Below, one piece after another: positions 1 through 13,424 of a DNA stretch of 64,000 bases (the stretch's first letter is position 1; each line of letters starts with the position of its first letter). The DNA comes from Macrostomum lignano (taxonomy: Eukaryota). The stretch is taken from positions 91,919 to 155,918 of the forward strand of contig NIVC01001724.1 in NCBI GenBank assembly GCA_002269645.1, in the 5' to 3' direction. The notes under the pieces were generated by a model, which did not search any database, was not told where the DNA came from, and saw only the letters and a program-made list of their open reading frames with translations. Both the position numbers and the translations under genes were made by a program.

Positions 1-1530
1 CTTGGTGTTCGCCGCTCGTCTGTGTGAGGAAGAAAACCGGGGAAATCAGACTTTGCGTGGACTATAGAAAGCTGAATGAAGTGACGGTGAAAGATGCAGT
101 CCCGATGCCTCGAGTCGATGATGCCCTGGAGGCTCTTCACGGAGCGAAGATTTTCTCCACCATGGACTTGCATAGTGGCTTTTGGCAGGTGAGCGTCAAA
201 GAGGCCGATCGAGGGAAGACTGCATTCGCTGTACCGAATAGAGGCCAGTTCAAATGAAAGGTCATGCCCTTCGGATTGGTGAACAGCCCGGCGACTTTCA
301 CTCGGCTCATGGCAGCAGTTCTCAGCAAACAGATGTGGAGAACATGTCTCGCCTACATGGATAGCGTGCTAGTATGGTCGACGGACGTGAAGGAGCACCT
401 AACGAGGCTTGAGGAAATCTTTGGCAGACTTCGCGAACCAAACCTGTGCCTGAAGCCACAAAAATGCCATTTTTTGCTGGCCGAAGCGGAGTTCCTCGGT
501 CATAAGATCTCGGTATTCGGCGTGAGCACCGAGGCATCGAAGGTACATGAGATAGAATCCTGGCCTACACCAGCGAACGTCGCCGAACTTAGATCGTTTC
601 TGGGCCTGTGTGGATACTATAGAAAGTTTATCCAAGGTTTTGCTGAAGTCGCTTCCCCGTTGACTCGACTCGTCGGGCGTCGCATTCACATGGAACGAAA
701 AGCAGCAAAAAGCATTCGAGTCTCTGTAGAGTCGGCTAACGAGTGCTGAAGTCATGGCTTATCCGGATTTCTCCCCTGAAGCTGGCGAGTTAATTCTAGA
801 TACCGATGGCAGCTCAAAGCTGAGCCGTGCTGTCGCAAGTCCAGGCCGACAGCACTGAGCGCGTAATCGCCTACGCCTCGAAAACGTTAAATCAAGCAGA
901 GCGAAATTACTGCACAACTCGGTCAGAACTTCTGGCTGTAGTGACCTTCGTCTCTCAGTTCCGCTATTATTTGCTGGGGAAACCGTTCTGCTTGCGAACA
1001 GATCACAGTAGCTTACAATGCCTCTAGAATTTCCAAGATGCAGAAGGACAAGTCGCCCGCTGGCTAGAGAAGCTTGCAGCGTTTCAGTATCGGATCGTAC
1101 ACAGACCGGGGCGTAACCATGGAAACGCAGATGCTTTATCGAGGAAACCAAGTTAAGTCGACGACATCCAGGCGCTTCGACTTGTCCGTCCTGTGCCTGC
1201 AAAGCAACGATCCTGAACGCGATTGGTTTTGAATCGACGTTACCAGCGGACCTGGCACGTGAGCAACGCAACGATCCAGACCTGGCAGTTGTGCGTGAAG
1301 CGCTGAGGAGCAATTGAGAACTCGCAAGGGAAGAACTAAAGAGCTGGAGACTAACCGCAAGAAGCATCTACTGGGCCTTGTTGCTTCAAGAAGAGGTGCT
1401 CTTCGTCAAGGACCCAAAGACGAGGGAGCAACAGAAGTTAATCCTGCCGGTCGGTTTAATGTCGGAAACTTTGAAGAGTCTGCATCAAGGTGTGGGAGGG
1501 GGCCATGCCGGTTTCGCGAAGACAAAATTC
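1..1530 (+). mobile_element. Decayed Ty3/Gypsy LTR-retrotransposon pol fragment (RT, RNase H, start of integrase)
   Basis: Translations give RLCVDYRKLN, MDLHSGFWQV, MPFGLVNSPATF and AYMDSV (YxDD degraded). RNase H-type ELLAVV...YLLGKPFCLRTDHSSL...RWLEKL...HRPGRNHGNADALSR follows, then the integrase Zn-binding LHQGVGGGHAG. In-frame stops at ~255 and ~1025, frameshifts, and abrupt truncation into AT-rich DNA at ~1530. Confidence 0.92.
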
Positions 1531-2346
1531 AAAGTTCTGCAAATATTTTGGCCTTATTTTAATATTTTAATATTTTTATTTATTAAAGGCTGTAGAGTTT
1601 TAAAAATAATTTGTAGGCCTAAAAAGATATATTTTGTCTTTGTTTTTTTGCTTCAAAGGTAAAGGGCTAATCTTTAATTTTATACTTTGGCTTGGCTAAT
1701 AGGTACGTACATCACATCACATCACATCTCCTCTCGCGCAGCTCGCTCGCTGCCCTACTCGAGCCATTGAGCTCGAGAGCGGGTTTACGGGTTAACCGTG
1801 AGGTGTGAGAATACAGAATACACCTTGGTGCTAAAGCCCCTGGTGCTTGAGCTGTGCTAACTGGTAGTCACAATAGTTCTACCTATTCAATTTGTCAAAC
1901 CGAGAGGAAGATTTACGTATTCAAATTGTTATGAAAGACAGGTATGGTAGGTTGACCAGCCAACGAACCAAAGCAAGCACAATCTTTTCTATTTAATAGT
2001 CAGCTGTATCTGTCAGCTGACTCATTGATTATTTTCTAACTAACTGAGAGGCCTTTATAACTATCAGTAACAAGTTCAAGTGTAGAAGTGTTCAATAGGC
2101 CTACCCGAGGTCGACACGACATGAAACATTGCAGCGCTTCTGAAAAAATAGTTAGCTAACAGCCTCAGGTCTACATCTCCATTTCAACATGTCTTGATAT
2201 TGAATTTTTTTATTTTATCAATAGGCCTAATATAGTATCAGTATCCAATTATCTAGAAAGTTCTTGCACTTATCTTTTGGCTTTGTTTGCGCATAACTTT
2301 GGTTGTGTTTCACTTTATCTTTTATCTAGGCCCTACGCTGGTATAA

Positions 2347-2911
2347 GACCAAAATGGCCACACACCAAGATGGCCACAACATTGAATCTCTTTGGCTCTG
2401 CTCTCTTTTTATCATTAATTAACAACATAGTAGCTATTGTTATATTAATTATGTTTACGCCTAATCAATCATATTTATAAATACTGATGCAATAATAGAT
2501 TTGAAACTAATTACCTATAATACAAAAACTTTAATCTTTTTCAGTGTTTATGCCAATTTATTCCCTATCATTACATCTATCAAATCTATCACTATCTGTT
2601 TATTAAGAAACCATTGCTACTAGTAATGCTATACAAAAATTAAGATAAATATACAAGGCAAAGTATTTATTTTATGTTAGGCTACTTGCTGGGTGTAGGC
2701 CTAGTGAATAAATATATATATAGGTCAAGCTATAATAAAAGCTAAAGCCAAAGGAATTACTATAATATAGGGGCCTAATATAATACAATTCCAATATAGC
2801 ATCTTTTTAGCATCTATTTCTCTAATTATTATCAATAAGAAATAAGTGAAATATATAGACCTAGACTTATTATTATCTATTTAGACACTTAGAGCTGTGG
2901 CCATCTTGGTC
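2347..2911. mobile_element. Small non-autonomous TIR element related to the arms of the 52.7-59.9 kb element
   Basis: GACCAAAATGGCCACACACCAAGATGGCCAC (2347-2377) and inverted AGCTGTGGCCATCTTGGTC (2893-2911). The same motif occurs at 53741 and 58948. No TSD identified. Confidence 0.4.
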
Positions 2912-3929
2912 ATGCACCCCTGCGCTAGGCCCTAATAATAATATAGAAATTTCAGTAGACCTATCTGATGCCAATGCCCAAGCAGCCCAATGAATAAAAA
3001 AAATAAAAAATTTGCCACTTTTCAAAATGAATAAGAACTACATTGTTCAGTCTAATCATTATTTAAACCATATTTTAGCAATGAAAATAAACCAACAAAA
3101 TCTAAAGTTGTACTTGTGCTCTTTTGCTAAAAAATTTAAAACTGGCAATTTAGAAATTGGGAATAAAGGTTCTATTATATTATATTTATTTATTTATAGA
3201 CCTATCTAGCTCATTATAGCCTAAACATCTTGCAACTATGCCTATCTAGTTAGTATCTAATCAATCCAGCAACAGACAATCTGGCAACAGTCAATCTGGC
3301 AACATATATTAAATCAATATATATCAGCATATATATGGATTAGTTGAGCTATTTTTTAGCTCTTTATTATTATCTATTAACACTCAAACAAATAAATTTT
3401 AATTACATAAACTATAATTATTGCAGTTATATTTTTACAGCTGTATGTAGCTGCTGATTTTCAAAATGTTATTTTTAGAGACAATCTATTTAAGAGCCTA
3501 ATCTGCTTGGAAAGCAAGTTTGTATGACTATGATCCAATATTGTTGTATATATTGTATTTGCACTAATATTCAAAAGTTGAAGAACCAAAAAATTGCTAT
3601 TTGCACTGTAACTTGTACATGTTATTTGCCATGCTAAAAATACAATTCTATTTAATGTAACAAATGCTATGTGGATAAGTTAATAATATTACCTTAATCA
3701 TACATGCCCAACACCCGCCCAACCTGTCCAAACTGGACAGGTAAAATGGCCGCTGGCCAAGGTAAGTTGCAAAATTGAAAATGCAAAAACCAAAAAATTG
3801 GGAGAAGAAAGGAGAGGAAGAGAAAAGGAAAAGAAAGGAGGGAGAAGAGAGAAGGAGGAAAGAGGAGAAAGAAAGAAAAAGAAAAGAAAAGAGAAAAAGG
3901 CAAGAAAAGTCATATACAAAGTGAAAATT

Positions 3930-4247
3930 AAGTCGCAATTGGGAGGAACTAAGTTGCAATCGAGAGGAACTAAGTCGCAATCAGGAGGAACTAAGTCGCA
4001 ATCGGGAGGGACTAAGTTGCAATCGAGAGGAACTAAGTCACAATCGGGAGGAACTAAGTCACAATCGGGAGGAACTAAGTTGCAATTGAGAGAAACTAAG
4101 TCGCAATCAGGAGGAACTAAGTCGCAATTGAGAAGAACTAAGTTGCAATCGGGAGGAACTAAGTCGCAATCAGGAAGAACTAAGTCGCAATCAGGAAGAA
4201 CTAAGTCGCAATCAGGAAGAACTAAGTCGCAATCAAGAGAAACTAAG
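3930..4247. repeat. 21-bp minisatellite (GGAGGAACTAAGTCGCAATCG) inside the hAT-like element
   Basis: About 15 tandem copies read directly. Confidence 0.9.
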
Positions 4248-4364
4248 TAGTCTTGAATCCCATATTCTAAATCGTCTAAAAATCCTCTGTAAAGCCTTTC
4301 AAATACCATATTTTGTTTTCCCTGTTTGCAAAAACTGACTTCCATTGTCCAGACTCAGACTCTC

Positions 4365-5090
4365 ATGTCTCCTCTCTGCATTCTCGCCGTTACTCTCTCT
4401 ATTATTACTCTCCCTCTTTATTTATCTCTTCTCCCTCGTGTTTTGTCTGTATCCTCTCCTGTCTCCTCTCTTCTCTCTTATTTCTCCCCTCTTCTCTCCT
4501 CTCTTATATCTCATCTCTACTCACTTATCTATTGTCTCTCCTATACTCTCTCTCTTCTCTTTTCTCTCTCCTCTCTGCTCTTGTTTATCATATTTCCTAT
4601 ACCATCTCCTTTCTTATCTCCCATATTTCTTGCTTCCTTTCTACCATCTCGATTCTATCTTCTCCCCTTTGTCTCTTCTCTTCTCTAATCTCTCATCTCT
4701 TCTCTCTCTTATTTTCTCAATCATATCTTTTCTCATCGCATCTTTCATCTGTCCTCTCTGCACTCTTACCTTTACCCTCTTTCTTTCTCCTCACTACTTT
4801 CTTCTCTTAACTCTATCATCTCTGATCTTTCATCTCTCTCCTCTCTTTTATTTCAGCTGTATGCTCTTATCCCTCCTTTCTTCTCTCATCTCTCCTGTCT
4901 CCTCTCTGCTATCTCATAACTCCCCTCTCATCTCCACTCTCCTCTTCTCTTCTCTCTCCCTCTTCATTCCTACCTTACTCTACTTTTCTCTCCTATCTGT
5001 CATCTCTAATCTGTCCTCTCTCATATCTACTCTCTTTTCTATCATCTCTCCTTTTTTGTTCACTCTTCTCTATACTTTCTCTTCTCTGAC
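4365..5090. repeat. CT-rich low-complexity tract
   Basis: Degenerate pyrimidine-only runs. Overlapping ORFs are Leu/Ser-rich artefacts. Confidence 0.85.
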
Positions 5091-5942
5091 TCATTTAATG
5101 TGCCAAATCCATTGAAATCCTCTCTGTAAAAATGAACTCAATCAAAATCTCTCCATAAAACTGAACTTCATCAAAATCTCTTCATGAGACTGAATTTCAT
5201 CAAAATCCCCTTTGATAAACTAAAAATATATCTTTTTCTTGGAGGACTCTCACTTCTTCGGCCATCAGTCTCAGTCTCCGAATCTGAGTCCAAATGAATG
5301 GCTGTGTTGTGGTTGGATCCGCACTTCAGTACTAGCATCAGTTGATAGGCAAGATTCTATAGCAATAGATTCAGCATGAGCAATGCGCCGTCGTACAAAT
5401 TCTGTCTCAAGACTTCTAGTTTCTTCTTTATTTCAAAAACAGCTTCTCATCTGACATTACTCAAGAAGAATAATGTCGTTGCATCTGCACCATGAATTTC
5501 AATTTTTTTGCATTCTGCATAGATAGATCTCTGTTAAAAGCAACAACCTCTGGATTTTGCACTGCCATTAACAGTCCCTCTCTGTGTGAGCTTGCTGAAC
5601 ATTGGGATGGTAGTGCTTTTAGTTCCCTTGAATGTGCTGCAGCTGCACCATCACCTGATCCCCCAGGCTGCACTTAAGATTGCTGGTAAATTTTCTTCTA
5701 ATATCCAATGCGCACCACAACAATCATTAACTTCTCCAGGAGTTACATGACCAAGTTTCCATCGTGTAAAGAGCAATGGCTTTTGCTCTTCAGCTGCAGA
5801 AAGGGGACACTAGTTGATGGAATAGTCTTCATGACCATTTTCATCCCATTCATGTGCAAGATTCAATACATAGTCAGGTGTAGGTCTATCTTTAAGTGAA
5901 GTATATAATGACTCAAAGAATGTACACCTATATATATCTAGA

Positions 5943-6247
5943 GCCTGTACCCTGTAGGCTATACTCCCTACATACTGTACTGTATGTCTGGCAAACTAAC
6001 TTGTATATATACACTCATATGTACACATATGTACTCATATACCTATATATACATATAGGTGTACATATGAGTGTATATATACAAGTTAGTTTGCCAGACA
6101 TACAGTACAGTACAGTACAGTACAGTACACATATGTACACATATACCTATATATACATATAGGTGTACATATGAGTGTATATATACAAGTTAGTTTGCCA
6201 GACATACAGTACAGTATATAGGGAGTATAGCCTACAGGGTACAGGCT
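5943..6247. repeat. Foldback palindrome / long-TIR MITE
   Basis: 5943-6026 is the reverse complement of 6163-6247 (about 84 bp, 1 mismatch seen). An internal duplicate arm lies at 6059-6112. Confidence 0.8.
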
Positions 6248-7232
6248 ACAGTGCAGTTTAGTACTGCATAAGTGAATAAGTGAATGATAAATCAATCGGG
6301 AAAGAGTGAAGGTAGGAAAAGAGAAGAGAAATGAGTTACTTCCATTTTTCAATAAGCACAAGCACGCAACCCCCCCCCCCAGGTCTTTCAGTGTGGTGGT
6401 GCATAGGTAAGTCGCAAATCTGGACAAAACTAAGTCGCACTAGACAGGTGAAATTTTGAGGTTGGGCATGTATGACCTTAATAAATAATAATAATAAAGC
6501 TAAAAATAAAAGCTCAGCTAATCCATATATATGCTAATATATGTTGATTTAATATCTGTCGCCAGATCATCTGTTGCTAGATTGTCTTGTTGCCAGACTG
6601 TCTGGAAGCCATCTAGTCTAGGCCTATCAGGGGATTATTTAGCAGACACTAGGCAAGATATGCCTAGTATATAGCATAGGGTCTAGTCTAGTACATAGTA
6701 TAGCAGCAAATGGTAGAATATATCAAGGGGCAACTTTTGTATGTTGGTTAGTATAGACTAATATAAAATTAATAATAATAAAGTAATAGTACTAAGCTGC
6801 ACATTATTATATTAATATATATTATATCAATTTTCCCCATATAATAAATTCTTATTGTTTTATAACATGCACTTTTATATGATTTTTTAGTGTGCCTAGT
6901 TTTGCTCATCTTTTAGTTCATATTGGGAAAATGAAAGAATTTAATCACCTTACCCAAAACCTGATTTTTTGTATCTAATGTATTAGGAAGTTATTAGGAA
7001 GTAAAGGAATGCATACAATATTCCTTCCATTGATTCAATTCCAATGTTTGCATGAAACAAATTTAATTTGACTTTGACCCAAATATGGATCACTAGAAAG
7101 AAGAACACCTGAAAAGCAATATCCAGAAACTTAAGGATCATCTACATCCAGTACACCTAAAATAATGGCATTCCTACAAGCAGTTAGTATTGCAATAATA
7201 TTTAACAAAATGCCCCAAACTTGCAGCTGCCT

Positions 7233-9995
7233 ATGAATGGTCAGGCAGTTGGCCCGCAGCCAGATAATGCCACCGGCGCAACTGGCTGCAAAACTGTCGC
7301 CTCAGCTATTCAGCTCTCCTCAATAGCCAGTAAGAATCAAAGTACTCTTAGTACTTTGCTCGCCAATGGCTGCGTTGGCAGCTCTGCAATAAACAAATTA
7401 TCCGCAGGTGTAAATATAGAAGCTACACAAAAGTACATTGTTATATTGCAAGAGAAAATACGCGAATATGAGCGAGCATTGGATGGCGTCCGCGCCCAGT
7501 TGAAGTCGCAGGCGTCTCGCGCTGTGGTGGAGCTGGATGGCTGTTTAAGTACCGATTGCGCTAGGCAGGAGCGGACAAAACGCCGGCTTGAGCAGGAGCA
7601 TGGCGAGCTCAAGGCCAAAGCGCACAAGCTGCAAAGGACTGTGAAGAAGCTTCAATACAAATTGGCTGATCTGAGGGCTAATGGCATTCCGATCGATGTA
7701 AGTCGTTTTTATGAAGAAAAAAAATGCCCGGCTTAATTGGGGACTTCTACTTAAAACTGGAGAATTCTACTGGACAATTCTACTTAGAACTGGGTAATTC
7801 TACTGAAAATTTGGGAATTCTACTGAAAATTGAGGAATACTGCTGAAAATTGGGGAATTCTACTGAAAATTTAGGATATCTACTAGAAATTAGGGAATTC
7901 TACTGAAAATTGGGGAATTCTACTGAAAATTTAGGATATCTACTAGAAATTAGGGAATTCTACTGAAAATTTAGGATATCTACTAGAAATTAGGGAATTC
8001 TACTGAAAATTGGAGAATTCTACTGAAAATTTAGGATATCTACTAGAAATTAGGGAATTCTACTGAAAATTGGAGAATTCTACTGAAAATTTTGGAATTC
8101 TACTAGAAATTGGGGAATTCTATTGAAAATTGGGGAATTCTATTGAAAATTGGGGAATTCTACTGAAAATTGGGGAATTCTACTGAAAATTGAGGAATAC
8201 TGCTGAAAATTGGGGAATTCTACTGAAAATTTAGGATATCTACTAGAAATTAGGGAATTCTACTGAAAATTGGAGAATTCTACTGAAAATTTAGGATATC
8301 TACTAGAAATTAGGGAATTCTACTGAAAATTGGGGAATTCTACTGAAAATTGGGGAATTCTACTGAAAATTGGGGAATTCTACTGAAAATTTGTGAATTA
8401 TACTGAAAATTGGAGAATTCTACTGAAAATTGGAGAATTCTACTAAAAATTTAGGAATTCTACTAGAAAATGGGAATTCTACTGGAAATTGGGGAATTCT
8501 ACTAGAAAGTGGGGAATTCTACTGAAAATTGGGGAAATTCTTTGCCAGGCCAATGCCAGTATATTTACTGTCTATATTTATACATATCAGAGAATTTCAC
8601 ACTGTCGAGTTAAGCATCGTTGGTCGCGGTTAGTATGCAGTTGAATGTGCTGCCAGTGTCACGACCACTGGTTCGATTCCGTGAGCCGCTAAGTTAATTT
8701 AGGGCTTGTGCACCAATAAAAATTGGCCAGGGGGTTGTCGCATGATTCACACCTGTGTAAATCGTCAGGAAAAGTCAGGGCTGCTGTACACCCTCTGTGA
8801 GCGTGTGTGTGAGTGCGTGCTCAGATGTCAGCGCATGTATCTCACTTTTAAACAGGTCGTACCAGACGATTACGTGCGCCAGCTGCAGCAGCACAGGGAC
8901 GCTGGAGTAGCTGAGCCCGCCATCTCCTCCTCGGCCTCGTCTGTTTCCGCTGTACATCGCCAAAACCCGGCCGCCTTCGCTGCAACATCAGCCTCGGCTT
9001 TGAACTCCGTCGTGCACCGGACGGCCTCTTCTAGCGACCTGCTGCCCGGCCCGAGCCGCCGGCAGCCTGCCGAAGACCCGGAGCCGAACCCTGCCAGTGT
9101 CGATAATTCGAATAACGGCGTTGGCGACGCTGCGCCTAGCGTTGCTATGGGCAGATTCTCTGATGCCGACCGGTTGACCCTGTCCTCGTCTGACCCGTCG
9201 GCGCCTCTCATTTCGACGTCGCCGCCGTCGCTGCCGCTAATTCAGTCGCAACAGTCTTCGTCGTTGCTGCTGCCGGCAAATTCGTCCGCAGGCAACTCTT
9301 CGTCGGCCGAATCTGTCGAGCAGCTGCGGCTGTACTACGAGCGTCGGTTAATCGAACAGCAGGCCGCTTTCGCCGCCGAACTGGACTCTCTACGCCTGCG
9401 CGCCTCCGACGAAGCCGGCGATATTCAACGATTAGTGGACACGGAGCTGAAAAACCTGCGCTACGACCAGCAGGAGCTGGCTGCCTCCGCCGATGACGGG
9501 CACAAAGAGCTTGAAAAGATGAAGGTCTTCCTCACCAACCTGTCTAAGGAGATGAGCCGCATGCTGCTAGTTGATCAGCAGATTGACGATATGAATAATC
9601 GACTAGCTGTCATCACCCGAGACCTAGTGCAGAGCCATCAATCCGCCTGCTCCTCTCATCATCATCATCATAATCGCCCGGATGCTGGCCAGGGCGGAGC
9701 GGCTAGCGCTCGCCTACTCAACATGCTGGTTGCCCTGCTCTCCTACGCTTTCGTAGCCGCCTCCTGTTTAGTTAATCTGCTGATCTGGTTACTCCGTCTG
9801 CCTGGCAGTCGGCCGTTCTCCGCCGCCTGTCTGACTGTCTGCGCCGCTCCGCTGCTTATTCTGTGGCTTGGTGGCGACGGTGGCGGCGTCTGGTTGGCGC
9901 AGACTTTGCCAGATTTGATTGTCAGGCACCTGCCGTTGAGTGCCAGGCGCCAGCTCAGCAACCTGCTGCTGAGGCTTAATGCCACGCTCGCTTAA
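7233..9995 (+). CDS. TMCC: Transmembrane and coiled-coil domain (TMCC/Tex28/dementin-like) protein, 2 exons seen
   Basis: Exon 1 runs from 7233 (ATG) or 7408 (acceptor TCCGCAG) to 7697, donor GAT|GTAAGT. It encodes KAHKLQRTVKKLQYKLADLRANGIP, resembling the TMCC ...LQKKLEHY..KL.E...NGIP coil. Exon 2 (8856-9995, acceptor TTTTAAACAG) joins in phase 0 and encodes a second coil, then ARLLNMLVALLSYAFVAASCLVNLL and a second hydrophobic helix at the C-terminus. Confidence 0.75.
7745..8540. repeat. 20-bp intronic minisatellite (GGGGAATTCTACTGAAAATT)
   Basis: About 40 tandem variant copies in the TMCC intron. Confidence 0.95.
8615..8810 (+). mobile_element. Possible degenerate tRNA-derived SINE
   Basis: A-box-like TGGTCGCGGTTAG (8621) and B-box GGTTCGATTCC (8670-8680). 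No complete cloverleaf. Confidence 0.25.
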
Positions 9996-10014
9996 CCACG
10001 CTTAGCTATATCCT

Positions 10015-10985
10015 CAGATGACCTCAGACCGTAGTTTAGCCCAGCTGTGACCCCATGTGACCTCAGACCGTAGCTTAGCCCAGCCCTGACCCCCATGTGA
10101 CCACAAAACCGTAGCTTAGCTCAGCTGTAACCCCATGTGACCTCAGACCGTAGCTTAGCTCAGCTGTGACCCCATGTGACCTCAAAACGTAGCTTAGCTC
10201 AGCCCTGACCCCCATGTGACCTCAGATCGTAGCTTAGCTCAGCCCTGACCCCCCATGTGACCTCACATCGTAGCTTAGCTCAGCTGTGACCCCATGTGAC
10301 CTCAAAACGTAGCTTAGCTCAGCCCTGACCCCCATGTGACCTCAGATCGTAGCTTAGCTCAGCCCTGACCCCCCATGTGACCTCAGATCGTAGCTTAGCT
10401 CAGCTGTGACCCCATGTGACCTCAAAACGTAGCTTAGCTCAGCCCTGACCCCCATGTGACCTCAGATCGTAGCTTAGCTCAGCCCTGACCCCCCATGTGA
10501 CCTCAGATCGTAGCTTAGCTCAGCCCTGACCCCCATGTGACCACAAAACCGTAGCTTAGCTCAGCTGTGACCCCATGTGACCTCAAAACGTAGCTTAGCT
10601 CAGCCCTGACCCCCATGTGACCTCAGATCGTAGCTTAGCTCAGCCCTGACCCCCCATGTGACCTCAGATCGTAGCTTAGCTCAGCCCTGACCCCCCATGT
10701 GACCTCAGATCGTAGCTTAGCTCAGCTGTGACCCCATGTGACCTCAGACCGTAGCTTAGCCCAGCTGTGACCCTATGTGACCTCAAAACGTAGCTTAGCT
10801 CAGCCCTGACCCCTCCCCATGTGACCTCAGATCGTAGCTTAGCTCAGCCCTGACCCCCCATGTGACCTCAGATCGTAGCTTAGCTCAGCCCTGACCCCAT
10901 GTGACCACAAAACCGTAGCTTAGCTCAGCTGTGACCCCATGTGACCTCAAAACCGTAGCTTAGCTCAGCTGTGACCCCATGTGAC
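10015..10985. repeat. ~39-bp minisatellite immediately after the TMCC stop codon
   Basis: Unit GTGACCTCAGATCGTAGCTTAGCTCAGCCCTGACCCC(C)AT, about 25 copies. Confidence 0.95.
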
Positions 10986-11984
10986 GTTAACACCCATTGA
11001 TAGAGATATTTGGCCCTGTATCCCTATCTCCAAGACTGTTGGTTTTATTGACGTCATTTCATTCAGATTATCTTGATTCTTGAAAACAATGAATTTGCCA
11101 GTGATATTGCATGACCTAGTCAGTAGGCTTTTATTCGTAATTTTCAAGACATCACGCAGTATGCTTATTTGGTTATATTGTTATTGTCTTACTGCTGCAA
11201 TAAAAATCATTGTAACGCCGTTTCAAGGTTAAACCTTGATGTTTCGAATGTATTTTCTATTAAGGAAAGCGCGAAGTAATCTTCAGACTGCTTCTGGCAG
11301 TGGCAACCCAGTTAAATAGAAAAGCACACCAGCTAAATTTCAATAATTTTCTCATTCTAACAAGTGAGCTTTCCTTATTGAACAGCTATTTTTTATTCTC
11401 CTTTTTGTCGCCCAACTTGTGGCGTGTATAAACTGTTCATTGTTGGCTTCTGTTATTAAGTGATTGTTTTCAATTTCTCTCCGCATGGAATCTCAATCTT
11501 GAGTAGTGCAGCAGCACAATTCGCCAGATTGGTTATTTTTCACTCGTCTGTTTATTTATTTTTTAAGCCCCCTTTTTGTAGTTTTGCACAGCCAACCTGG
11601 CCGTTAGTTTCTCTCTTTCTCTATCATTGTTTTCTAGGCTTTCACAATGATGTTAATAAAAAATAGTGTTTTTCATAATGGTAGATTTTCTTGGTTTTAG
11701 CTTAGCATTGTTGTAAAGTTTAATTGTGTCTAGCAGAATGATTCAGTTGTATTAATATTACCTATATATTGCTTCTTAAATCTTGTTTTAATTGCAATGA
11801 ATGTATAAAAATATATATTTATATACTTGTAAATCCGTGACGTCACCTCAGCGCCGCTACCAAGATTTCCTGAGCTCTTAGCGGATAAAATCATACTTGC
11901 GCAATGGCCTGTCTTCGTAGAGTCATTTGGGTCTCTGATTTAGCTCATTTGTAATCATCTAAGTAATCACCTCGGTTTCTATGC

Positions 11985-12620
11985 TGAGCCACCCTACTAA
12001 ATCTTGTTGCTGGGCCAGCCTCCCAGATCGTCAGTTGCTGGGCCAGCCTCCCAGATCCTCAGTTGCTGGGCCAGCCTCCCAGATCCTCAGTTGCTGGGCC
12101 ACCCTCCCAGATCCTCAGTTGCTGGGCCAGCCTCCCAGATCCTCAGTTGCTGGGCCAGCCTTCCAGATCCTCAGTTGCTGGGCCAGCCTCCCAGATCCTC
12201 AGTTGCTGGGCCAGCCTCCCAGAGTGTCAGTTGCTGGGCCAGCCTCCCAGAGTGTCAGTTGCTGGGCCAGCCTCCCAGATCCCCAGTTGCTGGGCCAGCC
12301 TCCCAGATCCCCAGTTGCTGGGCCAGCCTCCCAGATCCTCAGTTGCTGGGCCAGCCTCCCAGATCCTCAGTTGCTGGGCCAGCCTCCCAGATCCTCAGTT
12401 GCTGGGCCAGCCTCCCAGATCCTCAGTTGCTGGGCCAGCCTCCCAGATCCTCAGTTGCTGGGCCAGCCTCCCAGATCCTCAGTTGCTGGGCCAGCCTCCC
12501 AGATCCTCAGTTGCTGGGCCAGCCTCCCAGATCCTCAGTTGCTGGGCCAGCCTCCCAGATCCTCAGTTGCTGGGCCAGCCTCCCAGATCCTCAGTTGCTG
12601 GGCCACCTACCCACAGATCC
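11985..12620. repeat. 28-bp minisatellite (GTTGCTGGGCCAGCCTCCCAGATCCTCA)
   Basis: About 22 copies. All three frames are open with a cycling 28-aa pattern, the expected repeat artefact. Confidence 0.95.
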
Positions 12621-13424
12621 TCAGTCGCTGAGTCAGCGCCACTCTCGCAGAGCCTCGGGTAATCTAACCACTAAATGTCCGGAATATTCCATCTGAAATC
12701 CAATCAATCTCTCATGCCAGAATGGTGTCTCAAATTTAGCCTTGGATCTCACTACAGTAGCCGCGCGCAGTTTGCCCCCCTTCTTTGATATTAGTTTTCC
12801 CATCTCGTTGGCTCAGGCCCGGTCCCTACAGTCAGAATAATTAAGCCGCATCCGAGCTATAGCCCCCCCCCCTCCCTGTCTGCAGGCAGTTTGGCTGTCC
12901 CTCAATCACGCCCTGTAGCCAAGCAACACAGTGGAAGCCTCCCACTCAGTACGTTAAAAGTGCATTTGCTAGCTATTAGTTGGTATAAAGCAGCTGGGCG
13001 AAGTGAAATTGCAATCTCCGCAGTCTTATTTTTTTTCTACTCCAACGGCGCGCACGCAATGGTCCGCAAGCCTCCTTTCTCGGGCTCCTACGCTTACATT
13101 GTAGGGCTTTAGACCATCGCTAGAGAGTTCATTCTAGCGAAAACTGTTCCAAACCCTTAACTGCGTGCACCCTGTGCTTCACGAGTCATGCACTTTTAAT
13201 ACCTCCCCTTCATGCGTCCTAATTTGTTCATCCTCGACCAGGTCTGTTCGCGTTTTAGTGTCTACCGCTATCCAGGACTACTAATGGTGCGGGTTCGTGG
13301 CCTACGAGTATCGATTTATATTAATGTCGTGTGCTTTGGTCTGTTATGGGATTGTTTTAGTTAAGTCTGGTGTGTGGCATTGATTTAATGGTTACAACTA
13401 GTCAGCCAGAGGACACAGCCAAAT

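Larger units (their letters stand above)
3699..6474. mobile_element. hAT-like non-autonomous DNA transposon (2.8 kb)
   Basis: 14-bp perfect TIR CATACATGCCCAAC / GTTGGGCATGTATG with exact 8-bp TSD ACCTTAAT (3691-3698, 6475-6482). TAAGTCGCA subterminal motifs at both ends. Confidence 0.8.

Noticed and set aside
3698-5115. Long ORFs (150-256 aa) with CDLVPPD or SGGTKSQ repeats and Leu/Ser-rich content
   Set aside because: They are translations of a 21-bp minisatellite and a CT-rich tract within a TIR element.
11981-12696. Three overlapping ~200-aa ORFs
   Set aside because: A 28-bp stop-free repeat opens all frames; not protein-coding evidence.
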